In this document: one piece after another, positions 8,507 to 17,360 of the stretch
Position numbering within the stretch: the stretch's first letter is position 1
How the letters are laid out: every line of letters starts with the position of its first letter
DNA from: a virus
Taxonomy: Duplodnaviria; Caudoviricetes
Virus record (IMG/VR): IMGVR_UViG_3300029985_000111
Span: 1 to 32,931 of that record
Reading direction: 5' to 3' (one strand)
Length of the DNA: 32,931 nucleotides
Made by a program: the position numbers and the translations under genes
The notes under the pieces: model-generated
Seen by the model: only the letters and a program-made list of their open reading frames with translations
The model's database searches: none
What the model was told of the DNA's origin: nothing

Positions 8507-10777
8507 TTACTCCTCTAAAATATTTTCTTTTCTGGTTATATTTATCGCCTTATTCCCAGCAGAAATACTAAGTTCATTATCTTTCCAATCAATCACCACA
8601 TTGCTACCATTAATAATATTACCTTGTAATAATTCAATTGATAATGGGTATTTAACTAATGAATTTACAATTCCATCAATTTTTCTGGCACCATATTGTT
8701 TTTCATTATTCATATCAAGAATTTTTGTGATTAAATTTTCCGTCGGAATAATAGTTACTTTTTTATCCAATAGTAGGTTAGCCATTTTGCTAAATTTTTC
8801 TAATACAATTCTACGATAACTAATTGAATCTAATTTATTAAACTCAATAATATCGGTAATTCGTCCTCGAATTTCAGTCAGAAAAAATGAATCTACTGCC
8901 TTACCAGCTTCACTTTTACCAGTTAACGAATTATCAAACCCTAACTTGCTTTTCATTGACTCTTTATTGCCTAAATTACTAGACATAATAATAATTGTAT
9001 TACGACAATCTGCTGTTTTTCCACCTGCACTCGTAATTGTTCCTTCATCCAACATTTGCAATAATAATGAAAAAATATTCGAATTTGCTTTTTCAACTTC
9101 ATCCAATAAAAGTACAGAATTGGGATATTTAATCAGATCATTGATTAGTTTACCTTCTCCAGATCCAGAGTCACCAAATCCCTTATATCCCGGAGGTGCC
9201 CCAATAAGTAAGGATATGGCATGTTCTGCCTGATATTCACTCATATCATATTTAAGAAAATGCATATTCATACTAATCGCGATCTGCTTTGCGGCAAAAG
9301 ATTTTCCAACACCCGACGGACCAGTAAATAAAAATGATCCAATTGGCCGATTTGGATCTCGTAATCCGGATTGTGAAATAACCAATGATTTATAAACTGA
9401 GTCAATTGCTTTTTCCTGATGGAATACTTTTGACTTTAGTTCATCGCCAATAGTTAAAATATTTTTAGATACACTGGTAATTTCGTCTTTTATTGGAATT
9501 CCAGTTAATTCTGTAATTTCCAAAATAATGTCTTTCTTGTTTACACTTCGATTTTTATCTTCGTTGACCTGCTTTCTTGCACATGCGGCATCAATAATAT
9601 CAATTGCCTTGTCTGGCAATTGGCGATCTTTTTGATATTTTACTGAAAGTTCTACTGCTGTTTTAATTGCTTCTTTATCAATTTTGCAATTATGAAATTT
9701 TTCTAAGCCCGATTTCAACCCGTTAAGAATCAAAATAGACTCCTCAATAGTTGGCTCGTCAATTTTTACAACCCTAAATCGTCTCATTAGAGCTGAATCT
9801 TTTTCAAATGTCTTTCGATATCCTTCCCAAGTTGTAGCGGCAATTACCTTAATTCTACCACGACTCAATTCAGGCTTTAACATTGCGGCGAAACCCAACC
9901 CATTCCCAGAATTTCCTTCTCCTGCACTAACTTGATGGGCTTCATCAACAAATAAAATGGCATTAGGTGTTTTTACTAATTCGGCCAAAATAGATTTAAT
10001 TTTTCCTTCAAAATCACCTCTAAATTTACATCCAGCCAATACCGAACCGACATCTAAACTATAAATAATTTTATTCTTTAATGTATTTGGTACTTTTCCC
10101 GTATTAATATTTTGTGCAAGACCTTCAATTAATTGACTCTTACCTACACCAGGTTCTCCGGTAAGTAAAACATTTGATTTCCGTTTCTTGGAAAGTGTGT
10201 GAGCGATCGTAAATAATTCAGCCTTCCTACCAATTAGAGGATCCGAATCTTTTTTAACCTTTTCATTCAAATTAACACAAAATTCTTCAAATACTGTTTT
10301 ATTTGCATCTAGGGAAAGTGTCGCCAATTCAGCAATCATTTGTTTATTAATTCCGTATTTCGCCATAAAATAACTAGCATAAGATTCGGCGTTAGAAAAA
10401 ATTGTGTCCAATAAATGAAAATATGAAAGATTTTCCCCGACATTTTTTGCGGATAATACTGCATCAAGCAGAATTTTTTGCGTTGCAGCCGTAATTTGAC
10501 CCGTCATAATATTTGGATCGTCATTATTACTGAACATTTTATTTTGCAAATATGGCGTTTGCTGTTGGATAAATTTATACAATTCCGACATTAATAATTG
10601 TACATCGACACCTTTTTCCCTAAAATAATTGCTTACACCCTGATCCATAAAAACCGAATGTAAAATATGTTCAATTGTAATCGTAGTTTGCTTTAATTGC
10701 AAAGCTGTGGTAAAACTCATATCGATTAAATTTCTAATTAACGGATTAGATTTAGTGTCCATGTTGTTCCCTTTCAT
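8507..10777 (-). CDS. clpA: ClpA-like AAA+ unfoldase (ATP-dependent Clp protease ATP-binding subunit)
   Basis: Clp-N region (TIEHIL), two AAA+ modules (GEPGVGKS/FVDEAH; GPSGVGKS/LLDEVEKA), GAPPGY, LGF ClpP-docking loop, no ClpB middle coiled coil. True start may be ATG at 10762. Confidence 0.9.
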   Translation of the reverse strand: MKGNNMDTKSNPLIRNLIDMSFTTALQLKQTTITIEHILHSVFMDQGVSNYFREKGVDVQLLMSELYKFIQQQTPYLQNKMFSNNDDPNIMTGQITAATQKILLDAVLSAKNVGENLSYFHLLDTIFSNAESYASYFMAKYGINKQMIAELATLSLDANKTVFEEFCVNLNEKVKKDSDPLIGRKAELFTIAHTLSKKRKSNVLLTGEPGVGKSQLIEGLAQNINTGKVPNTLKNKIIYSLDVGSVLAGCKFRGDFEGKIKSILAELVKTPNAILFVDEAHQVSAGEGNSGNGLGFAAMLKPELSRGRIKVIAATTWEGYRKTFEKDSALMRRFRVVKIDEPTIEESILILNGLKSGLEKFHNCKIDKEAIKTAVELSVKYQKDRQLPDKAIDIIDAACARKQVNEDKNRSVNKKDIILEITELTGIPIKDEITSVSKNILTIGDELKSKVFHQEKAIDSVYKSLVISQSGLRDPNRPIGSFLFTGPSGVGKSFAAKQIAISMNMHFLKYDMSEYQAEHAISLLIGAPPGYKGFGDSGSGEGKLINDLIKYPNSVLLLDEVEKANSNIFSLLLQMLDEGTITSAGGKTADCRNTIIIMSSNLGNKESMKSKLGFDNSLTGKSEAGKAVDSFFLTEIRGRITDIIEFNKLDSISYRRIVLEKFSKMANLLLDKKVTIIPTENLITKILDMNNEKQYGARKIDGIVNSLVKYPLSIELLQGNIINGSNVVIDWKDNELSISAGNKAINITRKENILEE

Positions 10778-10786
10778 AATATTTTA

Positions 10787-10815
10787 ATATTAGCAAATAT
10801 ACGAATTAAAGTCAA
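10787..10815 (-). promoter_or_regulatory. Sigma70-like promoter of the clpA-like gene
   Basis: TTGACT-N17-TAATAT with extended -10 TG. Confidence 0.6.
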
Positions 10816-11408
10816 TAAAAAAATGTCTGAAACTTAACATACAAATCGTTTCGAACTAAAAAATTTCTATCAATTAACCCTTCTTTTGCAATTTTAAAAA
10901 TTGAATCGTTTTTTAATTTTTTAGGCAAAATAACTTTTAATTTTGCACCATCAGGCCCAAAAAAATTAAAAGATCCCCCAATAAACGCTTTCCATATAGA
11001 AATACGAATTGTTTGAATTAATTTACCGTTAATAATGAAAAAATTTTTCGGTAAAATAATATGAATTTTTACCTGCAAAATTGAAAATTGATTTGGATCA
11101 AGTTGAACATTTTTATATTGAATTGTATCTTCATCTTTTATACCGATTGGTATTGCCAACAAGAATTTTCGTTGGCCATCATTGCTGATAAAAAATCGAT
11201 CACATCCTAAAATCGAATCTTGTAAAGATATCGATATCTTTACAATATAAATTTTAGATAATGAAGCACACAATTTATCATAATCTTCTTTAAGATGTTG
11301 GAATTTTTCGGTTGAATTACTATTATTATTAACATCAGGGTGAATTTTTTTTGCTAATGTTTTAAAAGCTGAATGAATAATTTGTGGAGTTAAAATCGGC
11401 GTATTCAT
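10812..11408 (-). CDS. DnaJ/CbpA-like co-chaperone (short J domain plus C-terminal domain)
   Basis: AFKTLAKKIHPD...KFQ-x-L-x-E-x-Y J-domain core; ISLQDSILG, IPIGIKD, ISIWKAFIGG and NDLYVK resemble the DnaJ C-terminal domain. Confidence 0.8.
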   Translation of the reverse strand: MNTPILTPQIIHSAFKTLAKKIHPDVNNNSNSTEKFQHLKEDYDKLCASLSKIYIVKISISLQDSILGCDRFFISNDGQRKFLLAIPIGIKDEDTIQYKNVQLDPNQFSILQVKIHIILPKNFFIINGKLIQTIRISIWKAFIGGSFNFFGPDGAKLKVILPKKLKNDSIFKIAKEGLIDRNFLVRNDLYVKFQTFFY

Positions 11409-11441
11409 GACTGTTATTCACCTCAAATGAATATAATTTAT

Positions 11442-11888
11442 CTAAATTCGATATTCTTTTTCCTTTTCCGTTTCATTTCCTGGACGAAATTTTATTGGGG
11501 GGCACAACCCGTTAAAGTATGCCTTTGTTCCGTCTGGTAATGTTTTGCGAAGTGTATCTTCCAAAATAATTTTTGTTACCTCTGCATATGCTAGGGTTCC
11601 ACGAGATTCATGTAATGATTCAATTTCAAAACGGAACCGTTCTTTACCATATAGTGCAATTTCACTGTTAAGCCAATTAGATGAACCAGTATACGTTTTC
11701 CAATCAGAAGATTTAATAACCTTCTTTCTATTTTTTCGATTCTTGACTATTTTTCTTATCGTTTTCCAAAAAAATTTTTTACCAATATACATTCTTCCCG
11801 TTTGAGTATCATAAATTCGATAAATGAACCCAACCCATTCTTCAGGATCAAAATCTTTAATAAAATGCCAATGTCCAATGTCTTCCAT
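11442..11888 (-). CDS. GIY-YIG family endonuclease (stand-alone)
   Basis: GFIYRI...GRMYIGKK, SDWKTYTGS, FRFEI, L-x-YAE, YFNG. Confidence 0.8.
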   Translation of the reverse strand: MEDIGHWHFIKDFDPEEWVGFIYRIYDTQTGRMYIGKKFFWKTIRKIVKNRKNRKKVIKSSDWKTYTGSSNWLNSEIALYGKERFRFEIESLHESRGTLAYAEVTKIILEDTLRKTLPDGTKAYFNGLCPPIKFRPGNETEKEKEYRI

Positions 11889-12370
11889 ATTAATATTTAT
11901 GCAAACCGTATTTTTCGCATCAAAAATACATTTTAATTATTAACTTGTACATGTTATAGCTTAACGTCAAAAACCGAGCAGTTTTCTAATTTCTGTCCTT
12001 TATAATCAATAATTTACAACGGGTAATTTTGATGGTCTAACTACCAATTACTCTGCGCGGGTGGAAAAAGCACTACAAAAAAACCAAAATTCTGGATGCG
12101 AAGCAAAACCAATCTTTTAAAATAAAAAATAACCCCGAAATTTTTAAAAGTAACCCAAAAATTTTTTATATAATAAAATAACCGTAATATAAAAATAAAC
12201 AGTCTTCGAAAAAATTTTATTACTATAAAATAATGTTCTCGAAAAATTTTAAACCGTAAAAATTATAAAACACGATATTAGTTTAGGAAACATTGGCAAA
12301 CATATTTTATTAGTCATTGATTCTTCGTAAATATCAAATTAGATATTATTAAATTTGATTATAAAATAAG

Positions 12371-12564
12371 ATCATCTGAACTATCGGAACTATCGGACTT
12401 TAAAACACTTGTCGTTATTGATGATATGATAGTTCCGATAGTTATTATAATATTTTAAACTTTAATAATAATTATAAAATAAAAATACAATATATAAAAA
12501 ACTTGCTATTACATTAAAAATCATCATAATCATCGGAATCATCATATCATCAATAACGACGAGT
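12371..12564. repeat. Nested inverted repeats of iteron-like boxes around an AT-rich spacer; candidate replication origin
   Basis: 12407-12445 and 12526-12564 are reverse complements at 34/39 positions; the 80-bp spacer has 8 G/C. 12379-12394 is the perfect 16-bp reverse complement of 12428-12443. Boxes AACTATC/AATCATC recur with a ~9-bp period. Confidence 0.85.
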
Positions 12565-12596
12565 AAGTATAAATCAGCACGATATGATACTTACTC
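12561..12596. repeat. 10-bp perfect inverted repeat overlapping the VapE-like stop codon
   Basis: gagtaagtat (12561-12570) and atacttactc (12587-12596). Confidence 0.7.
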
Positions 12597-14024
12597 AAAA
12601 AATCCTGCCAATTTAGAAAAATCTATATCAAAGTAATAAAAGATCTTTCCATTATTTTTTTTGGTTACCCCTTCAATAGCCGTTAATTCCCTTCCAAATG
12701 AAGCAAAATTTGCTTTTGAATAATGATATGTATCATTTGTGGATGCCCAATCACGCCAATTATTAAAAACTTCTGTTGCTGATTTCCATCCTCCTGTAAT
12801 TTGCTCAGACCAAATCCATTCTTCAACATAATTCTTTTTTCGTTGTTGATTTTGTTGAATGGTGAATACATCATTTGCTAATTTAGAAGATAATGGACTT
12901 TTTGTGGTTGGATCAATTGATTGCCATAATAATAACCAATTAATTTTTTCATACCAAAAAGAATTTTTTGATTTCATATCATCTGGAGTTTCAATTTCAT
13001 AAAATCGCCTAGATGATGTAGTGTCATTTGAAATAACTGATAGCGAATAATTTGAGGTACCTATTAATTGAATAATTTTACTTTTATGTTCAATCATTTG
13101 GGTATGAAATTTTCTGGCTGTAATAATGTCGGATGTAATAAATGCTTTAAGATTATTTTGATCCGCAGTTGACAATCTTGCCATTTCATCTAAAAAAGCG
13201 ATTGGGGTATTAGCATTTTGAATATAATAATTGGGATCAAGCAATTTATCAAAATCGGTTTTTACATAGCCGCCATTTTTGAGTGGAGAAATAAAATTAT
13301 CTATTGCTGTTGATTTACCATTTCCAGTTCTGCCCACCAACACAGGCATAATTGGATTGACGGTACCGAGTAATGTTTGCGGATTCATTACTCGTTTAAC
13401 ATTCCAAATAAAATGTTTCATAATCGCTTTAGTATAAATTCGTTTATTATCATTTTTATCAATGATATTGATAAATTTATCCCATTCCTTTTCAGCTTCT
13501 AAATTTTTGGGTGCATCTTGTTTTGAAGCAAATCTATCAGTAACATAATCAGATAATGATATAAGACAAAAAGATAGACCGGTATTATACCATGTATTAA
13601 GAGCAATTTCCAGCCGTTTTTTGTCGATTCTTAAAAAATTGTCGATATTAAACGCATATAATTCGTCATATAAATCAACCAAAGAACAAATTCCACGAAT
13701 ATATGATGGGTTAATTAGTGAATCAAGTCGAATTGATATTTTTTTCTTCGTTGTGTATAATTCTACGAATTCATCAGGTGTTTTTGGATAAGATCCTAAT
13801 AATTCAATTACAGAAATTTTTCTTGTATATTTTAACAATTCATTTTCTGATAACTTCCATTCGGTTTTTACAAATTGAATTATTAATGACAAATCTTCAA
13901 CAGTAATATTAGGCGGAGCATTGTCAATTATTTCTCGCCATTTATTTTTCCATTGAATTTTAAAAGTTTCATTGTCTTTAGCAGGTTGAATTAATGTTTT
14001 TATTTCAGTCAGATAATCTTGCAT
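12591..14024 (-). CDS. VapE/VirE-like P-loop ATPase (SF3-type helicase of primase-helicase systems)
   Basis: MPVLVGRTGNGKST (Walker A), IAFLDEM (Walker B), LKAFIT, IGTSN, DTTSSRRF; winged-helix-like C-terminus (FGREL). Confidence 0.8.
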   Translation of the reverse strand: MQDYLTEIKTLIQPAKDNETFKIQWKNKWREIIDNAPPNITVEDLSLIIQFVKTEWKLSENELLKYTRKISVIELLGSYPKTPDEFVELYTTKKKISIRLDSLINPSYIRGICSLVDLYDELYAFNIDNFLRIDKKRLEIALNTWYNTGLSFCLISLSDYVTDRFASKQDAPKNLEAEKEWDKFINIIDKNDNKRIYTKAIMKHFIWNVKRVMNPQTLLGTVNPIMPVLVGRTGNGKSTAIDNFISPLKNGGYVKTDFDKLLDPNYYIQNANTPIAFLDEMARLSTADQNNLKAFITSDIITARKFHTQMIEHKSKIIQLIGTSNYSLSVISNDTTSSRRFYEIETPDDMKSKNSFWYEKINWLLLWQSIDPTTKSPLSSKLANDVFTIQQNQQRKKNYVEEWIWSEQITGGWKSATEVFNNWRDWASTNDTYHYSKANFASFGRELTAIEGVTKKNNGKIFYYFDIDFSKLAGFFE

Positions 14025-14035
14025 ATTTTCTCCAT

Positions 14036-14150
14036 AAAAAATTGCTCGACCCCTCTGACAAGAGATCGAGCATTACGTTTCTGGAGAGAATACGAGTCCG
14101 TGATGTGGAACCATACAAAAGTATTTATTCTCCAGAATTTGGCTGTCAGA
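14036..14150 (-). promoter_or_regulatory. Structured leader with terminator and competing antiterminator pairing
   Basis: Minus strand: TCTGACA...TTCTGGAGA/TCTCCAGAA stem...TGCTCGA-TCTCT-tgtc-AGAGG-GG-TCGAGCA-ATTTTTT, followed by GGAG RBS. Confidence 0.65.
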
Positions 14151-14156
14151 CCATTA

Positions 14157-15467
14157 TTACTTAAAAAAATATTCTGCACCTTCTATTTGTTTAATTATTG
14201 CATTGGGAAAATAAATATTTCTCATGTTTTGCGCCATCTTTTCCGTGGGCAAAAAGATAATATTATTATTATTATTGAACGTCCCATTTCTTAAAGAACC
14301 TCTCATTAGTCCTTGATATGCATGATCTAATGTTTTATTTAGCAAAATTTCATCACTGTCAAATCCTAATGCAGTCATTTGATTTTGATAAGCGGGTGGC
14401 CAAATATACGCTCCACCCTCAGCATAATGTAATGTGTCACTATATTGATTTAGTCCTTTAACTTCAAACGGCATCCAATTTGGATTTTTAACATATTTAA
14501 ATTTATTACCTTTATTATTTTGTAATAATATTTTTTCTTCACCAATTGAATTTCCCACTAACATATCGAATAATTCAAAATTTGTTATACTGGGTTCTAC
14601 TTTATTTTGCTGATTATAATAATTTTTCGACCATAATGGATAATTAGACATCCATTTTATAATAATTGGTTGATTATGATTACTAAATCTTTTTGGAATA
14701 TCTAATAATTTAATAGGTACTTTTTTTAATTTTAAATAGGAAATTAATTGACTATTTTGAATACGTGCGCCCATTAAATATAAATTTTTAAACCCATTAA
14801 AAATATTGGTATTGAGCTCGGCCCACATCTCTACGTCCGGTGACCCAAAACGAAAAGCGGTCATTACCCCGGTGTCGGCATAAATTTGCATGTTTGGATT
14901 TATTAATAATTGGATGAATTTTTTAAAAGATGGATAAACCATATCATTACTATAACATAATGATTTTAAAAAATTAATGTCGCTTTTATTACACCCGTGT
15001 TTAGGATTTATTTCCATAAATCCTTCGTCTTGACATTTCCAAGAACTTATTTCGGGAATTTCGTGTTCAAGATCACAGCCAATTTGATAATTAGATGCAT
15101 CGGTTAAATTAAATGAAATAAAATCTATTGCACTAATTTCCTCATCTATAAAAATGGTCCAATTTTTCTTTTTAGGAAAATTGGAAATATTTTTGAATGC
15201 ACTATGCGTAATAATTAAAACTTCATTTTTATATGGATTTTTTAAATAATTGCTAATAGTTGAAGTAACTCCACCTGTATCTTTTGATTCCATATAATTA
15301 ATAATTTTATACGGTGTTGATCCTAATCGAGTTGCCATTTCATATTGTAAGTCGGTAGATGGAGAACAGAAAAGAACATGTTGCTTTTTTGAAACAAGTT
15401 CTTTTGCTTTTTCAACCGCCCAATATGTTTTTCCAGCACCCGCTAATGCATCAATTATAAAAATCAT
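14157..15467 (-). CDS. Divergent SF2 helicase-like protein; candidate origin-binding protein
   Basis: DALAGAGKT (Walker A), FCSPST (Ia), LIITH (Ib), IFIDEE (Walker B), LMGA (III), YQGLMRGSLR (VI). Confidence 0.7.
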   Translation of the reverse strand: MIFIIDALAGAGKTYWAVEKAKELVSKKQHVLFCSPSTDLQYEMATRLGSTPYKIINYMESKDTGGVTSTISNYLKNPYKNEVLIITHSAFKNISNFPKKKNWTIFIDEEISAIDFISFNLTDASNYQIGCDLEHEIPEISSWKCQDEGFMEINPKHGCNKSDINFLKSLCYSNDMVYPSFKKFIQLLINPNMQIYADTGVMTAFRFGSPDVEMWAELNTNIFNGFKNLYLMGARIQNSQLISYLKLKKVPIKLLDIPKRFSNHNQPIIIKWMSNYPLWSKNYYNQQNKVEPSITNFELFDMLVGNSIGEEKILLQNNKGNKFKYVKNPNWMPFEVKGLNQYSDTLHYAEGGAYIWPPAYQNQMTALGFDSDEILLNKTLDHAYQGLMRGSLRNGTFNNNNNIIFLPTEKMAQNMRNIYFPNAIIKQIEGAEYFFK

Positions 15468-15473
15468 ATTATG

Positions 15474-15502
15474 ATGATATATTTTTATTTATAAAAAGTC
15501 AA
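15474..15502 (-). promoter_or_regulatory. Overlapping sigma70-like and T4-late-like promoters
   Basis: TTGACT (15502-15497)-N17-TATCAT (15479-15474), with TATAAATA inside the spacer (15493-15486). ATG lies 7 nt after the -10 and no SD is visible. Confidence 0.7.
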
Positions 15503-15506
15503 TAAA

Positions 15507-17354
15507 TTAATTCCCGATTCCAATTAATAATACTCTGAATGTGGAAGATGATTCTCCGTCTCCTCGTAAATCTTGCCATAAATTAATTGTACTCGTGTAA
15601 TTTCCTGGACCATTTAGGTATATTGAAGTACCTTGCCAACCGGTATCAGATACATAATTATCAAATTTTGTTGAAGGTAAAACCAAGAAACAGTTATTTG
15701 GGAAAGTCAATGGCCACTGCTCGGTAAAAGGACCTCTTGCGCTTGTGCTCAATTCAGTTGAACCAGTCATCCATTGTAATATTAAACCACCTGGGAATAC
15801 CTGATAACCATTGGTTGCCAATAAATGATTATTAAAATTTAAATTAATATTTCCCCATTGTGTTGTTCCATTTGCATTTGTTAATAATGCGGAGCCTGCT
15901 ATTATGCCGGCAACAGATGGCAAGGAGAATGCCCCAGATGTACCAGAATTTATGGTAGTTACACCAGTAATATCTAAAGTTCCCTCACCAATTATTTTTC
16001 CGTTAACGGTAAGATTATTACTTGCAAGGGCATTTCCAATAAAAAATGATTGACCATTGATTATTGCAGCATTATTTACAATTAAATCACTAGAAAAAGT
16101 TGCATTTCCCGTCACATTTAGTTGTTCATATAATGTTGTTACCCCGGATACATTTAATGGGTTCAGAAGAGATGTTAATCCATCGACAGTTAATGATCCG
16201 GTCACGCCTAATGTACCGGATAGTGTTGTATTTCCACCGACTATTAGTTGATTTTCGAGGTTTGCTATTCCGATCACATCTAATGTACCGGATAGTGTTG
16301 TATTTCCACCGACTATTAGTTGATTTTCGAGGTTTGCTATTCCGATCACATCTAATTGTGAAGATAATACCGACGGGCCATCTACCGATAAATTACTATT
16401 AAGTGTAGTTGCCCCAGACACGACCAATTTTCCCGCTGTTAAATTATTTTCGACATTAATATTAGTTCTTGTAGAGTCAATTGTTAGAACAGGGGTTGCA
16501 TTTATGGCTCCATGTGAATTAAATAAAAAATCACCGTCAGTTCCGGGAGCCGGTGCCACCAATGAATTTGCAACAACATTATTAAAATAAACAGTTCCGG
16601 TTAAATTTGCAAATTCACCTGGCAATAAGCTATTTCCATTGGTTGCATACATCACATTTCCATTGTCAACGGCCATTACCATATTATTATTTGAATCTAT
16701 ACTAAAATCAATTTGGTCGTTATCGCCTAATGTTAATTCGGTTAAATTATAAATACCACTTTCTGTTATGCCGTATGTTGGAGCAGTTGCAAAATTGAGA
16801 CCTGGCCTTATATTTCCAAACCCACCAATTCCCGGTTGAATAATTTCTTCAGATGATACAATTGCCATTAAATTATTATTTGCATATAATTCAAGATAAA
16901 TTACATTACCATTTGGTGTATTTATTGCCGGTGCAACTATAAATCCTTCTTTTCCCGCACCTTGATTACTAGGCGGTCCAATTAATATCCATTCAGTTCC
17001 ACTCCATACATATAATTGAAGGTTGATTAAGTCAAGCCATTCGTCCCCTTCAATTGGATTGAGTGGAGCGGTATCTGCAGCGGTAATAACACTAATGGAC
17101 TTGAAAGTTGTACCGTCCCAAAATTTGATAGCGTCAGAAACGGTGTCAAACCATATTTGACCTATAAATGGATTTGACGGAGGTGTAGAATTAGCAAAAT
17201 TTTCTGCCATCCTAACTAAATTTGTATTGAGCGTGGTTCCAAATCCAGCGTAATCTTTTCCGATAAGACTTAATCCACCATAAGTGGATACTAATTGGGT
17301 ATCGGGAACAGATGTTAAAATATTTCCATTAGTATTTTTTATTTGATATGCCAT
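15507..17354 (-). CDS. Tail fibre / baseplate-associated fibre protein
   Basis: N-terminal ENFAN-x-x-PP-x-NP-x-x-GQIWFD, central 12-aa periodic L-x-V-x-G repeats, C-terminal NGYQVFPGGLILQW...FPN typical of fibre tips. Confidence 0.8.
   Translation of the reverse strand: MAYQIKNTNGNILTSVPDTQLVSTYGGLSLIGKDYAGFGTTLNTNLVRMAENFANSTPPSNPFIGQIWFDTVSDAIKFWDGTTFKSISVITAADTAPLNPIEGDEWLDLINLQLYVWSGTEWILIGPPSNQGAGKEGFIVAPAINTPNGNVIYLELYANNNLMAIVSSEEIIQPGIGGFGNIRPGLNFATAPTYGITESGIYNLTELTLGDNDQIDFSIDSNNNMVMAVDNGNVMYATNGNSLLPGEFANLTGTVYFNNVVANSLVAPAPGTDGDFLFNSHGAINATPVLTIDSTRTNINVENNLTAGKLVVSGATTLNSNLSVDGPSVLSSQLDVIGIANLENQLIVGGNTTLSGTLDVIGIANLENQLIVGGNTTLSGTLGVTGSLTVDGLTSLLNPLNVSGVTTLYEQLNVTGNATFSSDLIVNNAAIINGQSFFIGNALASNNLTVNGKIIGEGTLDITGVTTINSGTSGAFSLPSVAGIIAGSALLTNANGTTQWGNINLNFNNHLLATNGYQVFPGGLILQWMTGSTELSTSARGPFTEQWPLTFPNNCFLVLPSTKFDNYVSDTGWQGTSIYLNGPGNYTSTINLWQDLRGDGESSSTFRVLLIGIGN
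16208..16356. repeat. Perfect 72-bp tandem duplication in the fibre gene
   Basis: Unit starts at 16208 and 16280; encodes LDVIGIANLENQLIVGGNTTLSGT twice. Confidence 0.95.
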
Positions 17355-17360
17355 TTTTTC

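Noticed and set aside
12371-12564. CRISPR array or protelomerase/hairpin-telomere site
   Set aside because: No repeat-spacer periodicity and no cas genes; the palindrome is imperfect and interrupted by 80 bp.
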